A DNA stretch of 64,000 nt, from NCBI GenBank assembly GCA_949358305.1, contig OX442314.1, forward strand, positions 16,306,001 through 16,370,000, written 5' to 3'. This DNA is from Strigamia acuminata. Its lineage: Eukaryota. The notes beneath the pieces are model-generated. The model had not been told where the DNA came from, made no database searches, and saw only the letters and a program-made list of their open reading frames with translations. Both the position numbers and the translations under genes were made by a program. This document shows, in pieces, positions 38,596-51,393 of this stretch. The stretch's first letter is position 1. Every line of letters starts with the position of its first letter.

Positions 38596-39487
38596 TCATT
38601 TAATAAAAATACTCAATATTTCGTCGATGGTTTTATCATCTAACAAACTGTGTGGTCTATTGAAAACGAAATAATAATTTGCAATTAATGCTTAAAACCG
38701 TATGTACGACTCTTACGTGGGCGCATAAACTTGATATAATGCACCTATCAATACAAAAGTACAACAAGCTGACGCGAGCCATAAGACCACGTTGCGATGC
38801 GATCGCTGAGTATCGTGTTTGATGCTATTCCGAACTTCTGGAATTGGTTCTTCCGTTTCCCCCCAACTACGGCCACGGCCTATCAACACCAAAAACAGAT
38901 GTTTGTAAAATGAAGTTAGGGATGCGAGTTCATTGGTACCATAAAACCGTTGATCTTCGTATTGCTTTCGTTTGAATTGATCGTAGAATTCCTTCATAAT
39001 GTCGTCTTCCCAACTACAAAAATTGAAAAATGAAATGGATAAATAAATGAAACATGAGTGAGTGACTAACTATGGGGTTTGGCCAGGTCTTGAGTGCCTA
39101 AAATGCTGATTTAATTCATTATCATACGTTTGTCTAGATTTGGATTTACTTAGAACGTTGTACGCTTCATTAAGTGCGACAAACTTCGCGTGACTCGATG
39201 GATCTTTGGGTCGCACGTCGGGATGCAGCTAAAAAATAACTTCAAATATTTGAAAATCAGTAATGTTTCTAATGCCGTACCTCTTTAGAAAGTTTCACAA
39301 ATGAGTCTTTTATTTCTTTGGCAGTGGCAGTTCTGTTGACTTTGAGAATCTCATAGTGATTTTGTGAATAACATCTGATAATATGAATACCGTCGACAGT
39401 CGTTACTCGGTAGTTATTTCTAATTTTTTAATTTTCTCACCTCAAATTTCGTGCAATACAATTTACAAGCGGTCTTAATAGCACCAT
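38596..39487 (-). CDS. DNAJC4-like J-domain protein, paralogue 2
   Basis: NHYEILKVNRTATAKEIKDSFVKLSKE|LHPDVRPKDPSSHAKFVALNEAYNVLS...YD; TM segment WLASACCTFVLIGALYQV; first intron positions match paralogue 1. Confidence 0.85.
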
Positions 39488-40162
39488 GGGGGATTTTTAT
39501 TATCTAGCGTAGACTTGTTCCATTTGTTATTTTCGTTACCAACTCTCGAAAATGTTTTCAAGAGGGAAATAAGACGAATTTAACCGTGAGATATGACGTC
39601 ATACTACCAAGAATAACGAGTGGCTGCTACTGTTGCGTATTGGTTAAATAAAATGGCGGTAAATTTGAATTGAATGATGCAGCAAGTTTTTCCTAACTCA
39701 ATTTATTGCTATTTTATTTAATTAAATTGAAACAAAAATGTTAATTATGTTTTTGATTTATTTTGTCTAGATTTTTATTTTTTCCGCCTGTTTTAGCGCA
39801 TTTTTACTAGGAATAGCGATTCCTACTTTCATACCACGGTTGATTAATTTTTTCGGTTGTTTCTAATGCGTGGTTCTTCAAAGAATGTGTCACCTTAATC
39901 ACACGTTATTTTGCTCAGGTTAGGTCAGGTTTAAGCCGGTTTCGTTGCTAAAACTATCCTGTGAGCATGAATTTTAAAGATTGTCGCCTTTTTTGGTTTG
40001 CCTTTGCAGGATATCCCGTTAACAACGTTATTAGGTGAATCTTTATCCTTTTTAGGCAAAAACATCCTTAACAATAATTCCAAGAAAGAGGATTATTTGT
40101 GAGCAAATAGGAAACTCGCTTTAAGTGTACATACTCAATACACAAAACAAGTCGCAGTAAAA

Positions 40163-41642
40163 ATGTTTTCTCGACTACTCGTCATTTTGACACTTTCTCG
40201 CGTTATTTACTACGAAGATATCAATGCGGAGCCTGTCACATCCATAACGAAGCCGCCGTGCTCCAACGGCAACGTGTACGGATCTTTAAACGAATGCATG
40301 ACGGAATGCCGCAACAACGCGTTCATTTCATCGTCCGACGGGGATTTCCGGTACAAAGTTTTACAACTTTCGGCTAACGACTTTTTAATATCCGAGAACG
40401 GTTTGCTCGTCACCGATCTTTCGATCCGCAAACTACCAACGAGTGACTACGTACTGCACAATTCCACAGCACGAATTTGCTACCCGTTCGACCGGGATTT
40501 TATCAACTGCGTCAAATGGTCGCTTGCAGAAGACGAATTCACTCTGAGCAACGACTCGCAACACCTATGGTGGTCCGGGTACAACAAAACTTTTCCGTGG
40601 GACCAGTTTTTCACGATTGGTGACGGCACGCTGGCCATCGTCTGCATGCACCCGAGTGCGAGCGCGCATCGGGAAGCTTTAGAGCTGGCAGACAAATGGT
40701 TTCTCGCCGTACACATGTTATCAGCCATCAGTCTCGTTGTCACTTTCGTTTGCTGCGTGCGCTTTCCCGCGCTCAATGTGCGGCGCAATTACAACCTCCT
40801 TTGCCACATGTGCGTCATGTCCGTCGCCTACTGGACTCTGGTGATCGAGCACTTTATGCGACAAAAAGAAACGTCGTCCGCCGCTTGTCTGGTCATCGCT
40901 TTTGTAAAGCAATTCGCGTTCCTCGCCACTTTTTTCTGGATCAACGTGCAAGCGATCGATCTCTACCTGCGATTCAACCGAATGTGCGTCAATTCGTCCA
41001 CAGCTATGAACACGCGTCGCTTCGTCTACTATTCCGTGTACGCGTGGGGTTTTCCGTTCGCGGTGTCGTGCGTCACGCTGGGGATGGCCATGTCGAGAGA
41101 GTCGCCGTCGATTCGGCCCAACTGGCAAGAATTATGCTGGTTTGACGCCCACTATAAGCTGACCGCTTTGCTCTACTTCTACGCGCTCATCGCCGTCATC
41201 TTGGTGGTTAATATCGTGTTGTTCGCTTTGACCATTTGGAAACTGTACAGCGTGGGCAAAAGTGTGGCCAAAGTCAACGAGCAAATTCACAAACAGCTGT
41301 AAGTATTTCATCGGTCAATTTTTAATGTAAATTGATCGATTTTTGTGCTTTAGGTTGCAGCTGTGCATCAAATTGTTCATTATCATGGGCCTGTGTTGGA
41401 CCTTGGAAGTTATTTCGTGGGCTGCAGGGGGCGAGGAGAAGTATTGGTATTTTACGGACGGAATAAATGGACTGCAAGGTGTTTTCATCCTCGTCATCTA
41501 CCTGTGCAAACCAATGTACTTGCGCAAAGTGTTCGAATCGAAATATTGGCTTACCAAATGGGGACGTCGGCGCATTAGTGTAGTGCAGCAAAAAGAACAT
41601 TCGAGCACGACTTCGCTGCAAACATCGCAAACAGCATTTTAA
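40163..41642 (+). CDS. Methuselah-like G protein-coupled receptor
   Basis: Signal peptide, Cys-rich ectodomain, 7 TM with AFFW-type TM3 (FLATFFWINV), RFVYYSVYAWGFP, CWF, and KLFIIMGLCWTLEVISW...NGLQGVFI; one intron 41299-41353. Confidence 0.9.
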
Positions 41643-41845
41643 ATGAAGCATTAAAATAAAACAAATGTCCAGGTCGTTGATGTCATTATCAACATGGCTG
41701 CGCCCAGTGATTGCTAGTGAACAATAACAAAACTGGACATTGAACATCATCGCTTTTGACTTTAATGTTTTAGAAATATAAATGTATACCTAAATCCAAT
41801 TCATTATACTATACAGAATTATACATCTATAGGCCTATTATTTTA

Positions 41846-42543
41846 TTACTTTTTGAACATTTTCCACGGCGGACTTTTCATCTTCATCATTTGAGTACCC
41901 ACAAAATACACCGTCGTGAGAAATAAAGAAAGTTTTACAAATATTAAAAAAACTTGAACTATTGAGACTAATAATGCGACAGCAATCAATCCGCGATATA
42001 CAGGGTGATTGACTTTCGAGTTATAAAGTCTCCAATATGATTGGATTTGCGCAAAACTGAAATAAACAAAACGAAATATTCTCACTTTAAATTTACTTGG
42101 CGGTTATCGTAATTGAACCAAACGGACAAACCCTTTGTTGATTAAATCATCACTTTGCTGAACAGATTGCTGATTTAATTGATCATCATATATTTTTTTT
42201 GATTCCAATTGACTTAAAGTTCTGTAGGCCTCAGTGAGTTTTACAAATTCTGCGCGACTTTCTCCATCTTGTTGCTGTTTGTCAGCATGAAACTAGAAAG
42301 GTGTTAAAACGAATAATACAGTTATTTATTTTTATTTTAATCTTAAAACTACTTTTTTGGAAAGTTTGTTGTAAGATTCTTTAATCTCTTCACTAGTTGC
42401 ATTTCTGTTCACTTTAAGAATGTCATAGTGGGTTTTAGAGAGCCATCTGAAAACGAAGTTTTAGGAAATGATAGTATTTGTTGTTGTCATTTTTCTCACT
42501 TAACACTTTTGGCGAGTCGACCAAGCGATTTCAATAGAGTCAT
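41846..42543 (-). CDS. DNAJC4-like paralogue 3 with HAD in place of the HPD motif
   Basis: THYDILKVNRNATSEEIKESYNKLSKK|FHADKQQQDGESRAEFVKLTEAYRTLS...YD; same first two intron positions as paralogues 1 and 2; hydrophobic segment near the C-terminus; 3' exon boundaries uncertain. Confidence 0.75.
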
Positions 42544-42962
42544 ATCGAAAATTTACAACATTTTCCTACCCAGTCTTCCATCTTTTAAAATTTCATTTCT
42601 GTATCTATCATTTTTTCTATTTTCTATTTGTTCTAGGTGGGCCAAACTAAAGACTAACTCTTCCGAAAAGCATGACAATGATCTAGGATTGCATCATCGT
42701 TGAAAACACCAAAGGTTTGTTGCTTTGTTGCACGTTATGTATGCAGAACTGCCCCTGCGAGGCTTCCCTTTTACACACGAGTATATATGTTTTTGGTTTT
42801 ACGTTGTAAATTTAAATTTTTAAAATTATTTTATTTGTTTTCATGGGGTTTCTTAGATTATTGACAAGTTAATGATAATGACAAACAGTTTTATTTGTAA
42901 TTTCTCTCACAAATTTCAACAAAAAAGAAGAAAAAAAAGAGAAACTGAATGACTTTATTATT

Positions 42963-45900
42963 TTATAGCCGCGATGTAGTCGATCGCTTACTCAAACCAC
43001 TACATGATCGTGATCTTGACCTAGGAATGCAAATATTTGATTAAATGCAAACTTTACAATTAGTTACGACTTGAATACTGTTGTTTTCCTTTTTCCGAGA
43101 ATATAGTACTGATAATACGCTGAGATTTTTGCAATGTTAAATTTTCCACTTCGTAGCAGGGAATAAATTTGTGGATAATAGTTAACTATTGAAAAATAAA
43201 GTAGCGAGTCTATTTTTAAAAAAGAAGAAAAAAAAACATTTTTTGCATAATTACGCTTTTTCTCAATTCTTCCTGTGTTATCGTGGGTACATCTGCAGAA
43301 CTTTTTTCCGGGAGAACGAAGCACTCGCCCAAAGGAGGGCCGTAATTTGTTTCAGTAATAATTTTTCTGGACATTTTTCGTGCAGCCAAAGTGTGTGTTG
43401 TTAGCGCATCAAGATTTTCGGGTTCACCTAGCAGCTTTTTATTTCGCTTCGTCAATATAATACGCAAGTAATAGAGAAGGAAGAGCTCTCGAATTTTCCA
43501 CCATCGTTTGCTTAAACCCGAAAACAAAACCTAATAAATTGATAAAAATGTGAATTCAAGTTCTTTAACACAAATTGGTTGAATTTAACTCGTAAAGTTG
43601 TAGCTGAACAAACTCTTCGAACATCTCCCGGTACTTTTCGATCTTTCAATTTGACTGGTGGTGTTATCAGCTTAATTAAATCCCAATCTCGCGGATCACC
43701 AAAGATTCCAATGAATCGACCGTGCAATGTCCACAAACGCACTGATTGATCACTGCTGGATGTAATTATCATTTCTTTGCTTTCGACCAAAACAATCTTT
43801 AACCAATTCAAACAATTACAAAAGATAATTTTCGTTTTCTCACCAAACTCAACTCACTCCGCTAATTGCTCGAACATGCGCCTGATAACTGCTAAGCAGC
43901 GTGGGATGTTCAACCGTAAGATTGTCCGACAGTTCGTACGGGGTAAAACAGTCCAATTTTCCCTCAGCCTTGTCGGAAACCTTTTTTAATTTAGGTCGAC
44001 AAAATGGAAACCTCGAAACTTCGGGAGCTACAATACTTCTAGCTTTGAAGTGATAAACGTCGAGGCAGTAATAGCGAATATACCAAACTCGCATAAAACC
44101 TTTGGTATCACCTGCAAAGTGTAAAAAAAAAAAACATTATTGCGAAGTATAATTAACAACATCCAAAACTGACCCGTGATTAGGTACTTATTTTGACTGT
44201 CAGTTGCCATGCAAGTCGTGTAATGGTGTTCTCCCATCACACTAGCAAACACGGCGAGTGCTGCGGCCGGTGACGTCGTGGACCAAACCTGAGAAATGCG
44301 AAAACTTATTTAAATTACGATCATTTTAGTATTTGAAAATGTCACTTGAATTCTGCCCCTGACGTCTGCGGCGAAGAGATTCCCAACGCGGGGTTTTGCT
44401 ACGCGACTTTCCAAACACAGAATGCACACGCACGCACTTTGACTTTCTGCCGCGCCAAGATTGCTATAAGGTTTGTAGACTCTAGCCTTTGATCTTGCTC
44501 GAGGTCTTGATGACTTTTGACTTTTTGTTTCTCGTTCCCGAAGTAGATTGGCCGAACTACTTCTGAAAATTAAATTAAATTTAAAAAAAAATAAAATTTA
44601 TTATTTGGATGCATTTTACTTGGTTTGTAGGGAGAGCACCGATTTCGATCTGGCTGAAGAGCGACTACTAGCAGAAGATAACCGTGCTGCCACGTGAAAT
44701 GTTTGCTGGGTGAGATAACGGGATAATGTAAAGGATTGCCGTAACTCGTTTTCAATATGCCAGATGCTGATATCTCCATCCCACGAACAGCTGATCAGTG
44801 TATCGGTGTACAGATGCGATAAACACATTATATCGTCAGTATGATGAATATGCCACATCTATTACGCCAAAAGACGGAAGAAAATAGCAGTGTATGTTGA
44901 TAAAAAGTGAACAGTTTTATCAATGTCAAAAAATACTACATTCACTTTGAGCGCTTCCTGCGTTATGTCGCAGGAATATATCCGTCTGCTCCAGCCGGCG
45001 AAGTAAATATGATCATTTATTGACATGAGCGTCAGGATATTTTGTTTGTCAGGAATCATAACACTGTTAATCAGCGTACAACCGCTTCCCAAGTTCCAGA
45101 TTTTTAAATAGCCATCCGCACCGCATGTGATTAGTCTTTTTCCACTTTCATCCAAACATACGGCAGAAATTCCTGCAGGAATCTCCACTCCATCTCGCTG
45201 TATGACATGGGCATGCTGAACCTACATAAATATCACGAATTAATACCATTAGAAATACTGCAAATTGTTATATGTATAAGTACTTGAACAACGCGATGTC
45301 CACTATCGAGATCCCATATTGTAATTAATCCGTATTGGCAAACACTCACGATTTGATTGAACAGTTCGCTGTATACGATTCCAGTGACGGGTGTTGGGTG
45401 ACTAACAAAAACGTCAATGTTGCTACTCAATAAATCTTAAAAAATATTTTTCGTTAATTTTTTTTTATTGGAAGTGGGCTTTTTGAGCTTAGTCTAACCA
45501 CATTCTCTCGCAAGTTGTTGAATAATACACACGTTGTTAGCCGCTATGAATAGCAGGCGCTTGTAAGTGTTGTGGTAAGCCGACGAAATGGGAGATGATC
45601 CGAGCTGAATGTTAATTAATGAAATATTTTGAATGCATTTCTCTTCCTTCATGTCCCAAACCTGCGTAAATATGTCTAGAAATTGAAAACAATTGATTTT
45701 CTATTTTTTAATTTCAGACTTTGAGCATTTTGTCCGTTGATATGCTGAAAATTTGATCGTCAGGAAAAGACAAGAAAGTGACGGGGCTGCCATGGCCTAC
45801 GAAACTCATCATGGGTTTGCTCGTGATGTGTGGGTTCCAAATTCGTATTAGTCTGTCTATGCCACCGGTTGCCAATAAATTGTATTCGGCATTAAAGTCA

Positions 45901-47275
45901 AAACAGTTGATACCGCGAGGAACGTTGAAAGACCAGTCTCCTTTGGCAAGTAGCCCTTGTGGGATTAAAACTAAGGATCCTCGAGAAGTGCTTGAACAAG
46001 ACATAACTGATTTTAAAAACGGTTCGTATCGTAACTGAAAAGTTTTCATTTTGTATTTATATTTGAACGATGTAGACAAATGAGTCGGTGTTGATTTTAC
46101 CTGTTTTATCCAATCGCTGTGCAAGTGTTTGTATTTGATCACGTGGATGAAAGATTTCGTCCCAGACATTATTTCGCTCATTCGAATAGTTTGAATTCTG
46201 TTTTTACTCGGATGCGGTCCAAAAGCGTTGTTGACGATGCAGTCTGTGAAGTTCATGACGATTACTGAGCCTGAAGTATCAGCTAAGAGTAGAATGCCAA
46301 AATTTGGCTCCAAACGATCACACCAATAACTCATTGTCGTGACTGTTGCGACGACGCCAGTCAAAATAAACAGGAGATCGAGGTTTTGCGAGTCGAAAAA
46401 TCGTAGGCAGTCGTCCGAACACGTAGTTCCGATCATATTTACATTTGGCATGCTCACCTAAGCGAGACAATAAACGAATTTTATACAAGTGACAAGTGTT
46501 TCTTTTAAGTTTAAACTCTCAACTGACCATATCCAGTAATAAAGTTTTCACTTTTCGAAATAATGACATTGGTTCGTTAATATTTATCGATTTAGCCAAT
46601 TTCCAAGATGGACTCCACGCAGCTAAAGTTCCGTCTCTGCTTATCGTTACGTAGCGCAGATGACCCAAGTCTTTTTCAGACACCTGGGCCGGGATTAAGG
46701 GCACCGTGTCAATTCGGCAAATTATGTCTTCGTGAATATCCTGAAATCAAAATTAAACTGGTAAATATTTATAAGTATTTGTTTATTTTTCTATTTTATA
46801 ATTTTACAGCATGAATTATCCGAAAAGTTTCGGATACAGCTGCTTCAATGCTGGACCCGATCAATACTCTTCGATTTTTAACTTCGATTTCGTTTTGTAG
46901 ATATAATAAAAGTGAATTCCAAGTTGAAACACCTGTGGATTTAAAATCTAGCCGGGTAAAAATTTCTTCTAATTCACTCTGGTCGACATTTGGTACGATA
47001 TAATCATTCATGACCTTAAAAAGTTAAAAGGAATTAAAGTTGTACGGTATCTAGTCACTCTGTAAGCATTAAACTCACATCTTGGAATTCATGAAAATTA
47101 AATTCTCCTCTCACTCCTTTTATTGATGTTACATTTGAGAATTGTTCCGCTAAAGACTGGAAATATAGGGGATCCAAGACTGTGTGCAGTTGAAATCTAC
47201 GGGGAACAAAAAAAATATATTGACATTGCTAAGTTTACGCCAGCGCATAAATGTTTACTTTGGATTAGCAGCCAT
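42963..47275 (-). CDS. EF-hand + WD40 repeat protein of the WDR49/EFCAB8/WDY group
   Basis: N-terminal EF-hand-like LEEIFTRLDFKSTGVSTWNSLLLYL, then WD40 repeats: LHSDWIKQ, LLATGGIDRLIRIWNPHITSKP...GHGSPV, SHPTPVTGIVYSELFNQIVS, RLITCGADGYLKIWN, ITSSSDQSVRLWTLHGRFIGIFG. Confidence 0.8.
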
Positions 47276-47664
47276 GCTGGTATTTTAATTTTGATTCAAT
47301 TTCATTTATATGGTGGGATTGGAATGTCATTCAGTCTAACATAATTTGGAAAATGAAAATGAAAATGAATGAATAAATAAAAGAATGATTGATAATTGAT
47401 GATAATTCGACCATTCCGCCATCCGCCATGAACGAAAATGCTATGCAACCGTAGTCGCAATAAAACAAATTTCAAATTTACTGCCTTTATTTGCGGGGTA
47501 GCTGATTTGCTGAATCTTGGACCGCTTGAACGTCATGTAACATAGAATGAGCATAACTAATGTAAAACGAATCTTACGTCAACTGTGTTCTGATTTTTTT
47601 TCGCCATCTAGCGGGATTAAAAATAAGCAGAAACATGACTGACTTGTGAGAGAACTTTGTAACC

Positions 47665-50600
47665 ATGTGCTCGATGGGTTCTGATCTATTAGAAGTTGAA
47701 ATTCAGCTTTTGCTAGGCAAAAGCGAAAATAAATTTCGTGGAACTTGTAAGTTTTTATTTTCTTTTAAGGTATTTGCAAGTGATTTATCGGAATTTCTTC
47801 GTTCTCGTTTATAATAATAGGTGATAATTTGGAGGCTTTAACATCTGCCTTTTGTGACGGCCAATTTGAAGACTGTATTGGCAGTGAATTACTGACACAA
47901 TTATGGAAATATGAAATTCCTGCCAAAAGCGACTCGTTAGAAAAAGACGTGTGTAATTGTGTTGACAATTTTGTAAGAAATGGTGAAGATAAAGCATCAC
48001 GGTAGAACTATTTTAATACCAATTGATCGTTTCCTTTATTTATTAATATTATTTTTTTTAGGGAGTTGATAGTTCTAATTTATGGAGCTTCAGCTTTGCA
48101 GTTGTTTGTGCAAGATAATTGGACTGGTCCTGCCATTTCGTCTGTACCTGCTGATAATTTGAAGAGTTTTATTAGGGACATTATAGAAAAAACTGATTTG
48201 TTTCCCCAAAATGATGTCGTAAGTTTGAGTGATATATACATATATACATAAACCGAGAAATATTTATAATTGTATTTTCTATTTTGTTTTATCTAGGAAA
48301 AAGCATTTTATGATCAAGCTGTTAAATTTTTGTGTGTAGATGGGTCATTGTATCCAAAGATTAAATCTCCGGAATATTTGTGGTTGGCGAGAGTTTTGTT
48401 GTGTTTGAATTCGAATTCAATCGCCATTTCTCGGGTAAATTAGACAAAAAGTTTGAATCTTTAAAAATATATTTTTTTTAATTAATTTTTTAAAGACATT
48501 CTTCTGGTGGGCTTTACGTTGCACTCAAATCCATCAAATGATGCTCGATGAAAAATCACCAACTCTTCATTCTGAAGCAATTTCATACATCGACAAAGGA
48601 ATGTTAAATGAATCCGTTATGGAAAATGAGAAATATCGGTATAAGTTTTTACAAAACTTTAATTATTATGTTTTTTTTTAATTCTGTTGACTTTGTTAAC
48701 AGCCGCTTGCAGATAGAATTTCATTTAGAATGTTCGTCAGCATTTTTGTGCTATTTCGAATCGAAAAAATCGGAGGAACACTTACATAGTGCCTTAAAAG
48801 CAGCTGGACTTGGTGTCAGTTTAACGGGTATGTCTTTCGTAAATTAAGTTTGATTGTTTGCTTTAATTATTAATTTATGAAAAAAAAAATTAGGTGCATT
48901 GGGAAAGCGAACTTACTTTCAACAGACTGCTAAAGCTCAATTGAAATTGAATATCAAAAGAAACTTTCCCGAAGAAAGTGTTAACACACATCCAATGGAG
49001 CTTCCAAAGGTAATCACATAAAAAAAATCAAAGTTTATTTAATTTACCAATTTTTTTCCAGGATATTTTATTAAACGATGGTACGCGTCGAGAGAAAATT
49101 TCTTTTTCAAATGATGACGACAATGTACAAGAAAATTTGTCTCCGGAGGAGCAAGCTATTATACTCAGTCTTTAGTAAAACAAAAACTACATAAAGAAAA
49201 ATTCAATAACTAATTGATCTCTCAGTTCTCAGATTCAAAACACAAATCCAGTTCACCGACTAATGGATGAAGAATTGATGGCTTACTTAAACGTAATATA
49301 AATTAGCAATATTTTAAACGGGAAAAAAATCCTTAATGTTCCGTTGTTTTAGGTCGTGATGTCTCATCCAAAGATTTGGTCAGTACAAACAAAAGCACTA
49401 TTTTTACGTTCGCAATTAGAAGCCAGACACAGCAAATCGACAGAACGTTCGATGATGCAATTTCAAGTATTTAATTGTAATTATCCCTGTGTTTATGACT
49501 GTTATATCGTATTATTTGATTCGAATTTTAGGAATTAGTAAGTGTTTTTAGCAAAACAGAACCAAATTTAGGAGATAGATTACATTTGTTTTATTCGGTC
49601 TGTTTACCACCAATTTGGAAATTGGAGGTAAATATAATTGACTTACATTTGATAGTTTTAAGCTATGAATATTTTTTTTTCCTCCAAGAACAAGTTAGCT
49701 GATTTACTGTTAAAATTGGGAGCTGTTAGTAGTGCATTGAACATTTATTTAAGACTGGAAGTTTGGGACAAAGTAATATCGTGTTATCAACTATTAGAAA
49801 GGAACAGCCAGGTCAGATTCCTATTGAGGATAAACTATATCTCCGTTATATCATAATGATATCATTAATTAATAGGCGGAAGAAATTCTGAGACAACAAC
49901 TGCAGGTCAATGAAACTCCAAATCTGTGGTGTACTTTGGGCGATGTGACGGACGATCTAGAATGTTACGAAAAAGCTTGGGAATTGTCGAATGGACGGAG
50001 TGCGCGAGCACAGAGATGTTTTGGGCACTATTATTTCGGGAAAAAAGAAGTATTTGTAGTTCGTTTGCAGGTGGTAATTGAATAACTAATTAACGATTAA
50101 CGTTTTAGTATAAAGAATGTATTCCGTACTTCACAAAGTCTTTGGAGTTGAACCATTTGCAACTAGGCGTGTCATCTAATTTGGGATATGCTGCTATGCA
50201 AACTGAAGATTGGGAGACTGCGGCATCGGCTTATCGCTGTTGCCTGAATTTAGAACCTGATGTATGAAACACCTACCGAGTACCGTAATGATAAGTAGCT
50301 TACACAATTTGTTATTGCAGAATTTTCAAGCGTGGAATAATATAGCCAATGTGTATTTAAAATTAAACCAAAAGTATGTTTGATTTATTACACTTCATGC
50401 GTAGATGAGATTAAAAATTGTTTATATTTTAGACCTAGAGCATGGAAAGCACTTCAAGAAGCCCTGAGATGCGATTTTGATAATTGGCGTATTTGGGAGA
50501 ATTATATGGTGGTAATATATCGCTGTGAAAGAATTTATTTTTAAAGAAATATTTTAATTATAAAATGGTTTTTAGGTTAGTGTTGATTGTCGAGCTTTCG

Positions 50601-51370
50601 ACGAAGGTATTGCCGCGTATCATCGGCTTTTGGAACTAAAAGAAAAACACATTGATATTGAGGTGATTAATTGGTTTCCTATTCTTGTAAATGTTTTATT
50701 TTATTAATTTATTTATTTTAATTTATAGATATTGGCGCTATTAGCAAACGCTGTTGTAGAAGATTTACCTGGTAATGATGAATCGATGTCGTTAAAATTG
50801 AAGCCCAAATTATTACAGTTGTTTGGGCGGTTGACTTCGCAAGTGACTAGTAACAGTCGAGTTTGGGACTTGTATGCAAACGTGGTTTCTGTTAATTGCG
50901 AAAAGGATGAAATAGTTTTGGAAAAAGTTAGTTCTTCAAGGGGACAATACTAAAAGTGTTAGTTAACACATTTAACATATTTAATTAGATAATTCAATTA
51001 AGGCAGAGAGCCCAACGAATTGCATCACAACAGAAATCTTGGGAGAAGATCGAAGACACCTGTGAGGAAGTTGTTGACGTAACTTTGCGATTAGCAGATA
51101 ATTACTTAAGTTATTGGAACCTTGCATCAGAAGATAAGAAACTTCAAACATTGACATCTGGAAAATTAATGTTAAGAGGAATAAGCAGTAAACTCAAAGT
51201 AAAATTTCAAATAATTTTTTAAATAAAAGAATTCTTTCTTTATTAATTTTTTTTATATTTAATCACAGAATTGCCAAGAAACCAATTTGACTTCGGATGC
51301 TGCACCATATTTGATCCCGCTGATCGGAAAGATCGACATTGTATTAAATAAATTTGAGGCTTTACAATGA
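47665..51370 (+). CDS. TTC27: Tetratricopeptide repeat protein 27
   Basis: LQLFVQDNWTGP, LTGALGKRTYFQQ, FLRSQLEARHSKSTERSMMQ, SALNIYLRLEVW, YEKAWELSNGRSARAQR, NWRIWENYMVV. Confidence 0.92.
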
Positions 51371-51393
51371 ATCACACGATTTATTTTTAATAA

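Noticed and set aside
42660..42790. GC-richer island between DnaJ-3 and the WD40 gene, possible small ncRNA
   Set aside because: No convincing C/D, H/ACA, tRNA or snRNA signature; needs an Infernal/Rfam scan.
47435..47452. Possible RFX X-box upstream of the ciliary WD40 gene
   Set aside because: Only a half-site (ATGCAAC) is present; too weak to call.
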